The position numbers and the translations under genes were made by a program. 64,000 nt of DNA, taken from contig JACOXU010000001.1 of the NCBI GenBank assembly GCA_016182185.1, positions 338,915-402,914 on the forward strand, written 5' to 3'. This DNA is from Candidatus Levyibacteriota bacterium. Lineage in GTDB: Bacteria > Patescibacteriota > Microgenomatia > Levybacterales > UBA12049. Each line of letters starts with the position of its first letter. The stretch's first letter is position 1. This document shows, piece by piece, positions 57,022 to 64,000 of this stretch. Under the pieces are notes generated by a model. It saw only the letters and a list, made by a program, of their open reading frames with translations. It had not been told where the DNA came from and did not search any database.

Positions 57022-58414
57022 ACTGTTTTAGCACCTGAGAAACCCCTTGGGCAAGTGTTGTGACAGCGGACTCAGCAGATGTGTTATTTGAAATTATAGA
57101 ACGTACAGCATTGCCCAAATAAGCGTTCATCTGAGAATTTAATCCATCATCATAGGTATCGCTTGCGAAAAATGAAGATTGAGTATCTTTTGCCTGAGAA
57201 ATAAAGGGATAAACTATCGGATTATCATTTAATTTCTGGGCTAGATCTTTTCTGGCATATGGCTCCCCAAAAGCCCTTGTCTTAGATGCCAAAGTAAATA
57301 GCTTCTCCATAGTTTCTGCTTTTGCCAAAAATTTTAAGAACAAAAGTGTTTCTTTTTGGTACTTGCTCTTGGCTGAAGCTCCAACTGCCCAATAGCTGGC
57401 AACGGTTGTATTTACTCCAGTCAAATGTGGAACTTGATATATTTCAAAGGCAAGTTCGGGATTCATGGCTTTTATAGCAAAATAATCCCAGGAATAACCA
57501 AAGTACATAGCTAAATTCCCTTTTGAAAAGGCAAGAATAGATGGATCTAAAGTGCTATCCCAAACCTTTTGATCTCCGATTGCAAAAGATGTATAAAATT
57601 GTAATGCATCGCTTGCATTTACCGAAGTCGAAGACATATTTTTAATATCTGCTCCGTTTTGAATTAGCAGCAATGAAACTATATCAGATGCATGAGTTAT
57701 ATTGTCATATGCTCCTAATGCCGCTCCTGAAGTCTTGATTCTTCCTGTCTCATCTACTACAGTCAAAGACCTTGCAATTTTGCCAAAATCTTCCCAATTG
57801 TTTGGTGGACTAAGACCTGCTGCCTTAAATATATCAGAATTAATATAAAGTGCGAGCGTGTCAATACCTATTGGAATTCCATATATGGCACCGTTTTTAA
57901 TCAAATCTTTTTCATTAACTTCATAAAAAGAATTTTTAAATTCATTTTTTGTGATTGTATTGTCCGGAAGGGGAAGCAGGAATTCAGAAACCATTGGAAT
58001 CCAGGTATTATGAAACGCAAATATATCCGGTCCAGTGCTGTTTTTCATTCTTGTACTTAATTTTTGTCTGTATTGCTTAACATCCTGCTTTATATAGTTA
58101 ACCGTAATATTTGGATTCTGTTTTTTAAAATCTTCAATAATCGGCTGCATAACATTACTGTCTTCCCACAAACCCCAATATGTCAGTTCAGCTTTACCTG
58201 ATGAACCCTTTTTAAAAAGTGGCAAAATGAAGTTTAGGATAATAAAAATAAAGGCCGCGATTACAACTACACCTATAATTATCTTTATTGCCATTCCCAA
58301 CCTGGAACCTTCTTGCGGATAATACTCTTCAGGTGGGAGTGGGGGTGGCGCTGGCGGCTGATTTTGAGAGATTTGGGGGTTTTGTGCACCTTGAAAAATC
58401 GTATTTTCATTCAT
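57011..58414 (-). CDS. Sugar ABC-type extracellular solute-binding protein (membrane anchored, no cognate permease nearby)
   Basis: L.YWGLWE, GPDIF..HNTW, YGIP...DTLALY.N, F..G..AMYFGYSW. Confidence 0.8.
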   Translation of the reverse strand: MNENTIFQGAQNPQISQNQPPAPPPLPPEEYYPQEGSRLGMAIKIIIGVVVIAAFIFIILNFILPLFKKGSSGKAELTYWGLWEDSNVMQPIIEDFKKQNPNITVNYIKQDVKQYRQKLSTRMKNSTGPDIFAFHNTWIPMVSEFLLPLPDNTITKNEFKNSFYEVNEKDLIKNGAIYGIPIGIDTLALYINSDIFKAAGLSPPNNWEDFGKIARSLTVVDETGRIKTSGAALGAYDNITHASDIVSLLLIQNGADIKNMSSTSVNASDALQFYTSFAIGDQKVWDSTLDPSILAFSKGNLAMYFGYSWDYFAIKAMNPELAFEIYQVPHLTGVNTTVASYWAVGASAKSKYQKETLLFLKFLAKAETMEKLFTLASKTRAFGEPYARKDLAQKLNDNPIVYPFISQAKDTQSSFFASDTYDDGLNSQMNAYLGNAVRSIISNNTSAESAVTTLAQGVSQVLKQYGQ

Positions 58415-58448
58415 GAATATAGTATAATACCAAAAAGATATCATATCA

Positions 58449-59867
58449 ATGAAAAAGAAAGATCTTAGGATCAAAAAAATACTTAAAATAACAAGAGTTA
58501 TTTTTTGGTTCTTTATTGGTGTTTTTTTAGGATTATTTCTCTTTATCAGCTTCTCTTTTCTTCTGTTTAAACAAATCTACAATCATAAAGTATATCCAGG
58601 TGTTGCCATAAACGGAGTTGATTTCGGAGGAAAAAAAGAGGAAGAGATATTGAAGCATTTCAGAGACAAAAATAGTCTGATCTCTGAAACAAAATTTGTA
58701 TTCTTATCAGACGGCGATACTGCTACAGTTTCTGCCAAAGAAATTGAGCTCGGATATGACGAAAATCTTATCAGTACTCAGACAATAAGCATTGGTAGAT
58801 CTAAAAATAATTTCTCAAATATTAGCCTTATTATCCAGGCATATATAAACAGGGTGAATTTGCCTGCCTCGTATCGTTATTCTGAAGAAAAGCTTATGGG
58901 AATTATTTCACCTATGATAAAAAGAATTCATGTAGACCCTGTAGATTCATTATTTAATTTTCAGAATGGAAGGGTTACTGTTTTTAAGCCATCTCAGGAT
59001 GGTAAAACTGTTGATATGGAAAAACTTAAAGCAAAAATTGAGAACAAACTACTGATTGCAGCAACTTCTACCCAACCTCAAACCTTGGCTATTGTGCTTC
59101 CGATAAAAATTTTAAAACCAAAAGTTACAACAGAAGACGCTAATGATCTTGGAATAAGAGAACTTGTTGGAGTTGGAACTTCTCTATTTCAGCACTCAAT
59201 TCCAAATAGAATCTTCAATGTCACTCTTGCCTCAACCAGACTAAATGGAATTCTTGTTGCGCCTGATGAAGTATTTTCTTTCAATAAAGCCCTGGGTGAT
59301 ATCTCTGCATTTACGGGTTATCAGCAGGCATACATTATTCTAAACGGGAAAACCGTACTCGGAGACGGAGGAGGAGTTTGTCAAGTATCAACTACTCTTT
59401 TCCGAGCAATTTTGGATGCAGGATTGCCGATCATAGAGAGACAGGCTCATGCGTATAGGGTCGGTTATTACGAACAAGATTCTCCTGCCGGTATTGATGC
59501 TACAGTGTTTTCTCCCAGTGTTGACTTAAAGTTTAAAAATGATACTGGAAACTATATACTTATACAGACTTTTATAGACCCGAGTATTTTAAAATTAACT
59601 TTTTCTCTATATGGAACTCGGGATGGAAGAAAAGTAATTCTAGGAAAACCGGTTATAACCAAACAAACTCCTCCTCTTCCTGATGTGCACCAGGATGATC
59701 CAACTCTTCAAAAAGGAATAGTAAAACAAGCAGATTTTGCTGCGTGGGGCGCGAGTGTTTATTTCACAAGAGAAGTTATCAAAGATAATAAAGTCGTTAT
59801 TTCAGATAAATTTGTCTCAAACTACCGCCCTTGGGCTGCAGTATATCTTCACGGAACCAAAGAGTGA
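58449..59867 (+). CDS. VanW family protein with peptidoglycan-binding domain
   Basis: R..N..LA...LNG....P.E.FSFN, GGGVCQVSTT.FRA, ER..H, G.DATV....DL.F.NDT. Confidence 0.9.
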   Translation: MKKKDLRIKKILKITRVIFWFFIGVFLGLFLFISFSFLLFKQIYNHKVYPGVAINGVDFGGKKEEEILKHFRDKNSLISETKFVFLSDGDTATVSAKEIELGYDENLISTQTISIGRSKNNFSNISLIIQAYINRVNLPASYRYSEEKLMGIISPMIKRIHVDPVDSLFNFQNGRVTVFKPSQDGKTVDMEKLKAKIENKLLIAATSTQPQTLAIVLPIKILKPKVTTEDANDLGIRELVGVGTSLFQHSIPNRIFNVTLASTRLNGILVAPDEVFSFNKALGDISAFTGYQQAYIILNGKTVLGDGGGVCQVSTTLFRAILDAGLPIIERQAHAYRVGYYEQDSPAGIDATVFSPSVDLKFKNDTGNYILIQTFIDPSILKLTFSLYGTRDGRKVILGKPVITKQTPPLPDVHQDDPTLQKGIVKQADFAAWGASVYFTREVIKDNKVVISDKFVSNYRPWAAVYLHGTKE

Positions 59868-59870
59868 TGG

Positions 59871-59935
59871 TTTTGAAATTTTGATATTTAAAAATTGAGA
59901 TTTGTTTAGAAATTAGAAATTAGGATTTGGAAATT
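59871..59935. repeat. Degenerate heptamer repeat tract (TTTGAAA/TTAGAAA-type)
   Basis: ttttgaaattttgatatttaaaaattgagatttgtttagaaattagaaattaggatttggaaatt fills the intergenic space. Confidence 0.55.
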
Positions 59936-60412
59936 ATGAATCGAATTATTAAACCGAAAGAGGCAATCAAGGTAAGCAAAGAATTTAAAAAACAGGGGAA
60001 AAAAATTGTCCTGGTCGGTGGCTGTTTTGACATTGTTCATATTGGACATATAAAATTTTTGGAAAATTCTAAAAAGAAAGGAGACATACTTTTCGTACTT
60101 CTTGAAAGCAATGAAAAAGTAAAAAAACTCAAAGGAGAAGGAAGGCCGATAAATTCTCAGATTGAAAGAGCATATGTTTTGCAGTCTATAAAATATATAG
60201 ATTACGTGATTTTACTCCCAAATATGAAAAATGATGACGATTATGATAAACTAATAAGCCAATTAAAGCCCGGGGTCATTGCGACCATAAAAAACGACTC
60301 TATGATAGAACATAAAAAAAGACAGGCCAAGCTTGTTGGGGCAAAAATCAGATACGCTATGTCGCGAATTAAAAATAAATCTACAACTCAATTGGTAAAA
60401 CTTATTAAATAA
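59936..60412 (+). CDS. Cytidylyltransferase family protein (RfaE/TagD/RibL-like)
   Basis: GGCFD..HIGH..FL...K..GD, KG..RP, ER...L, STT. Confidence 0.8.
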   Translation: MNRIIKPKEAIKVSKEFKKQGKKIVLVGGCFDIVHIGHIKFLENSKKKGDILFVLLESNEKVKKLKGEGRPINSQIERAYVLQSIKYIDYVILLPNMKNDDDYDKLISQLKPGVIATIKNDSMIEHKKRQAKLVGAKIRYAMSRIKNKSTTQLVKLIK

Positions 60413-60418
60413 AATTTA

Positions 60419-60892
60419 ATGAAAAAAATTTTAATAATTCTTGCTGTCCTTTTCGTTCTTGTACTTGGATTGGTAATCTTTCAAGCTATTTTCAAAAATA
60501 ACCCACCCTTCCAAAAGACACCAACAGTCATCATAGGAAACCAGAAATTTAAACTTTACGTCGTAAAGGAACCTAAAGACCAGCAAATTGGACTATCAAA
60601 ATATGAAAACATTCCCCAAGATTACGGTATGCTTTTTATTTTTGATAAAGCAGACTACCATTCATTCTGGATGAAAAAAATGAAATTCCCTATCGATATT
60701 ATTTATATTCGTAATGATCAGATAGTTACTATTTTAAAAAACATTTCTCCCCCAAAAACAGAATTTGAAAGTATTCCGATTTACAAACCGACCGTACCGG
60801 CTGATAGAGTTTTAGAGATAAACGCAGGATTGGCAGAAAAATACAATTTTAAAGAAAAAGATAGCGTTAGATATGAAAATCTTGGGAATTGA
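60419..60892 (+). CDS. DUF192 family protein
   Basis: GL......GMLF.F.......FWMK.M.FPIDII.I, VLEI.AG. Confidence 0.85.
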   Translation: MKKILIILAVLFVLVLGLVIFQAIFKNNPPFQKTPTVIIGNQKFKLYVVKEPKDQQIGLSKYENIPQDYGMLFIFDKADYHSFWMKKMKFPIDIIYIRNDQIVTILKNISPPKTEFESIPIYKPTVPADRVLEINAGLAEKYNFKEKDSVRYENLGN

Positions 60893-61913
60893 AACGTCTT
60901 GCGATGAGACAGGCGCAGCAGTTATAGAAGCGTTCCCCCACAAAAAGTACGTAAAAGTTTTGGCAAACATTATTTCTTCATCTCTTTTTCTTCATAAAAA
61001 GACAGGGGGGATAATCCCTGAGATTGCAGCACGTGAACAAATTAAATATATAATTCCGGTTATTCAAGAAACAATTGAGCAATGTAACAATTCAACAATT
61101 GACGATATTGATGCTATTGCCGTTACAGTAGGTCCCGGACTTATAGGATCTCTTCTTGTAGGTGTTGAGACTGCTAAAACACTTTCCTTTCTCTTTAGAA
61201 AACCAATAATTCCGGTAAATCACCTTTATGGCCACATCTATGCAAACTTTGTTTATGAAGCGCAAAAAACGAAAAATGAAAAACAGATAGAATTTCCGGC
61301 GGTTGCATTAGTCGTTTCGGGTGGACATACTGATTTGGTTCTTATGAAAGGTCATGGAAACCTAAAATGGTTAGGCGGAACCCGTGATGATGCAGCAGGA
61401 GAGGCATTTGATAAAATTGGCAGACTTCTTAATCTTCCCTATCCCGGTGGACCCTCGATTGAAAAAGTATCTCTGGATGGCGACCCGAAAGCTTTTAAGT
61501 TTCCCAGGCCTTTGATTGACTCGGGAGATTTTGATTTTTCATTTTCAGGACTTAAAACTGCAGTTTTTAGTAAGTTTAAAACAATGAAAAAACTTGACGA
61601 TCAAATAATTGCAGATATTTCAGCCTCTGTTCAACAAGCAGTTATCGATGTTTTAGTAGAAAAAACTATAAATGCCGCTCGTGAATATAAAGTCAAATCT
61701 ATTTTACTAGGTGGTGGTGTAGCCGCAAATCAAAAATTAAGAGATGAATTTAAATCGTCAATAGTCAATAGTCAATCATCAATCAAGCTTTTCGTCCCAC
61801 CGAAAAGATTGTGCACCGATAATGCTGCTATGATTGCAATGGCAGGCTTTTTCAACCATAAATCTGTCGATTGGCAAAAAATCTCAGCAGATCCGGAACT
61901 TTACTTCGATTGA
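60873..61913 (+). CDS. tsaD: tRNA N6-adenosine threonylcarbamoyltransferase TsaD
   Basis: ILGIETSCDET, GPGL, NHL.GH, VSGGHT, TRDDAAGEAFDK, FSFSGLKT, CTDNAAMIA. Confidence 0.95.
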   Translation: MKILGIETSCDETGAAVIEAFPHKKYVKVLANIISSSLFLHKKTGGIIPEIAAREQIKYIIPVIQETIEQCNNSTIDDIDAIAVTVGPGLIGSLLVGVETAKTLSFLFRKPIIPVNHLYGHIYANFVYEAQKTKNEKQIEFPAVALVVSGGHTDLVLMKGHGNLKWLGGTRDDAAGEAFDKIGRLLNLPYPGGPSIEKVSLDGDPKAFKFPRPLIDSGDFDFSFSGLKTAVFSKFKTMKKLDDQIIADISASVQQAVIDVLVEKTINAAREYKVKSILLGGGVAANQKLRDEFKSSIVNSQSSIKLFVPPKRLCTDNAAMIAMAGFFNHKSVDWQKISADPELYFD

Positions 61914-61941
61914 TCACCATTTTGTGATAAAATAAATTACT

Positions 61942-62997
61942 GTGCAATCTCAATTAACCACTGCGATAATTTTAGCTGTAATAGGATTTATAATTTTACT
62001 TTATTTTATCAACAAGAGATTCTCCGAACTTAAAAAGCCCCAGGAAAATGAAGCGCTTCTTGAATGGCTCAAAAGCATGCAATCTTCTCTGGAATCAACT
62101 AATAAAACCATAAATGAGGCCCTAAAAAGTAGTTCCAACAACATGGTAAAGACCCTACAGGAAAATTCAAAACAGCTTAACGAACGGCTCGATAAGGCTG
62201 CGACTGTAATACGGGACGTAGGTAAGGAGGTTGGTCAGATGAGTGAAATAGGAAGGAACATGAAAGAACTTCAAGATTTTCTTAAAAGCCCGAAGCTCCG
62301 CGGGAATATTGGAGAACAAGTGCTGAAAGATCTAATAACCCAGATGTTTCCAAAAAACAGTTTCCATCTTCAATATCAATTCAAATCAGGTGAACGAGTT
62401 GATGCTGCTATAAAAACCGATGCGGGAATTCTTCCAATTGACTCAAAATTTCCCATGGAAAACTTCCAAAAAATGACAAAATCGCAAAATGAAAAAGAAA
62501 AGAACGAAGCAAAAAAGGAATTCATAAGAGATATCAAAAGACATATCGATGCGATATCCAAAAAATATATTTTGCCGGATGAAGGAACTATGGATTTTGC
62601 CCTGATGTATGTTCCGAGCGAAACTGTATTCTACGAATTAGTGAACATGACCGAAATTATTGATTATGCACGTAAATCACGTGTCTATGTCGTTTCGCCA
62701 AATACTTTATACACTCATCTTCAGACAATCCTGCTTTCTTTTGAAGGAAGAAAAATTGAAGCTCAATCAAAACAGATATTTAGACTTCTTCGAGCCCTTC
62801 AAATTGACTACGATAAAGTTGAGGAGAATATCGGAGTGCTTGGTAAGCATATTAATAATGCATCCTCGCAATTTAATAATGTCACTGGTGGTTTTCTTAA
62901 ACTTGGACAAAAACTTCAGTCTGCAGGAAATCTAGAAGAAAATGTAGTTAAAAAATTATCAGAAATAAAGAAGGGGGGTGATATAGATGAACAATAA
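61942..62997 (+). CDS. rmuC: DNA recombination protein RmuC
   Basis: K.RG..GE..L, IDSKFP, I..KYI...GT.DFA.MY.PSE, SP.TL. Confidence 0.88.
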   Translation: MQSQLTTAIILAVIGFIILLYFINKRFSELKKPQENEALLEWLKSMQSSLESTNKTINEALKSSSNNMVKTLQENSKQLNERLDKAATVIRDVGKEVGQMSEIGRNMKELQDFLKSPKLRGNIGEQVLKDLITQMFPKNSFHLQYQFKSGERVDAAIKTDAGILPIDSKFPMENFQKMTKSQNEKEKNEAKKEFIRDIKRHIDAISKKYILPDEGTMDFALMYVPSETVFYELVNMTEIIDYARKSRVYVVSPNTLYTHLQTILLSFEGRKIEAQSKQIFRLLRALQIDYDKVEENIGVLGKHINNASSQFNNVTGGFLKLGQKLQSAGNLEENVVKKLSEIKKGGDIDEQ

Positions 62998-63436
62998 AAC
63001 ATTAGTTACAATTATCGTTGTTTTACTTATTGCAGGAGTAGTAATTGTAGTCGGCGGAAGTTTTTTTAATAAGAAAACTTCTCCAGAATCAAATACCAAT
63101 ACTTCAACTCAACAACAAACCCAACAACAGCCTAAAGCAGGTGAAATTACAACTGTAAATAATGAGAAAATCATGACAATTAATGCAACCGATTCAGGCT
63201 TTGAACCAAACAAAGTTACTATCAAAACAGGGACAAGAGTACTTTGGACAAGTTCGAGTGATAAGACCGTTGCAATTGCGTCGGATGATCACCCAACCCA
63301 TCAGAAATACCCGCCTCTTAATTTGGGAGGTTTTGAAAAGGGATCATCGGTTCAGCTTGTTTTCGACAAGCCAGGCACCTACACATACCATGACCACCTA
63401 AATCCAAATAATAAAGGGACGGTTGTAGTTGAATAA
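62987..63436 (+). CDS. Cupredoxin-fold membrane-anchored protein
   Basis: GF.P...TI..G..V.W, F.KPGTY.YHDHL.P...G.V.VE. Confidence 0.75.
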   Translation: MNNKTLVTIIVVLLIAGVVIVVGGSFFNKKTSPESNTNTSTQQQTQQQPKAGEITTVNNEKIMTINATDSGFEPNKVTIKTGTRVLWTSSSDKTVAIASDDHPTHQKYPPLNLGGFEKGSSVQLVFDKPGTYTYHDHLNPNNKGTVVVE

Positions 63437-63441
63437 TCTAA

Positions 63442-63480
63442 ATCTATTAGATAAACATTTATCTAATGGATGGTTTTTTT
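63442..63480 (+). terminator. Intrinsic terminator
   Basis: ATCTATTAGATAAA / TTTATCTAATGGAT hairpin followed by GGTTTTTTT. Confidence 0.6.
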
Positions 63481-63496
63481 GTGCTAAAATACCTTG

Positions 63497-64000
63497 ATGG
63501 AAATAACACTTAATAAAGAACAGTCTCTGGCTGTCAGATATGGCAATGGTCCTCTTCTTGTTATCGCCGGAGCCGGAACCGGAAAAACCACAGTTATCAC
63601 GGAAAGAATAAAGTATTTAATACTTGAAAAAAATATTAACCCTTCGGAAATTCTCGCTCTAACTTTTACTGAGAAAGCGAGCCAAGAAATGGAAGAAAGA
63701 GTTGATAAAGTTATGCCATACGGATATACGCAAATGTGGATTTCAACTTTTCATTCTTTTTGCGATCGGGTTTTGCGCGCTGAATCAATTCATATAGGAC
63801 TTAATCCTTCGTATAAGCTTCTCACAGAAGCAGAAGCAATTTTGACTTTGAGAAAAAATCTTTTCCAATTTGAACTCGATTACTTCAGACCCCTGGGAAA
63901 TCCTTATAAATTCTTACAGGGTCTTCTTCAGCATTTCAATCGTTTGAAAGATGAGGACATAAGTTTTCAGGAATACCTTGAATATGCAAAAAAATTAAAA
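63497..64000 (+). CDS. UvrD/PcrA family ATP-dependent helicase (3' truncated; absent from the ORF track)
   Basis: MEITLNKEQ..AV....GPLLVIAGAGTGKT.V.TERI..L, ILALTFTEKA..EM.ER, STFHSFC. Confidence 0.9.
   Translation, partial: MEITLNKEQSLAVRYGNGPLLVIAGAGTGKTTVITERIKYLILEKNINPSEILALTFTEKASQEMEERVDKVMPYGYTQMWISTFHSFCDRVLRAESIHIGLNPSYKLLTEAEAILTLRKNLFQFELDYFRPLGNPYKFLQGLLQHFNRLKDEDISFQEYLEYAKKLK

Noticed and set aside
118-63401. Many short antisense or overlapping ORFs in the track (e.g. 118-573, 10116-10439, 32954-33496, 49950-50300, 62660-62935)
   Set aside because: Nested within well-supported genes and without motifs; typical shadow frames
1-64000. Alternative genetic code (UGA=Gly), prophage, defence island, tRNA or rRNA genes
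   Set aside because: RF2 is present and TGA terminates conserved genes; no phage, integrase, transposase, cas or structural RNA signatures were recognised by eye

Overview
Ordinary chromosomal DNA from an AT-rich, gene-dense bacterium using the standard genetic code (RF2 is present and TGA is used as a stop). The gene repertoire (class I LysRS, half-size TsaB, archaeal-type CoaD-DUF359 fusion, DUF3048/DUF4446/DUF5679, many GT-C membrane proteins) points to a Patescibacteria/CPR genome, most likely Microgenomates; this is inference, not a phylogeny. About 65 CDSs: cca fragment, yqeY, secDF, a ~10 kb nucleotide-sugar/glycosylation cluster, tsaBCE/tsaD, ftsEX plus a cell-wall hydrolase, prfB, metal transport (NRAMP, ZIP, Fur/Zur), a MacAB-like ABC system, secA, serS, rdgB, lysS, greA, rmuC and a partial uvrD/pcrA. 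I saw no rRNA, tRNA, CRISPR array, integrase or transposase. The best signals lie outside the ORF track: (1) a ~140-nt transcription unit upstream of secA encoding MAKKKKKKKK behind a 13-nt perfect Shine-Dalgarno, with alternative hairpins and a terminator; (2) an FtsEX-linked hydrolase whose M23 domain is circularly permuted; (3) two adjacent accessory genes each followed by the same imperfect inverted-repeat element, next to a relic copy of the secA SEC-C tail; (4) a tandem GNAT pair with a divergent ACT-type regulator and palindromic operators; (5) pervasive leaderless gene starts, contrasting with perfect SD sites on two micro-ORFs; (6) a readable Fur/Zur operator. All family assignments come from motif recognition by eye; no searches were run.
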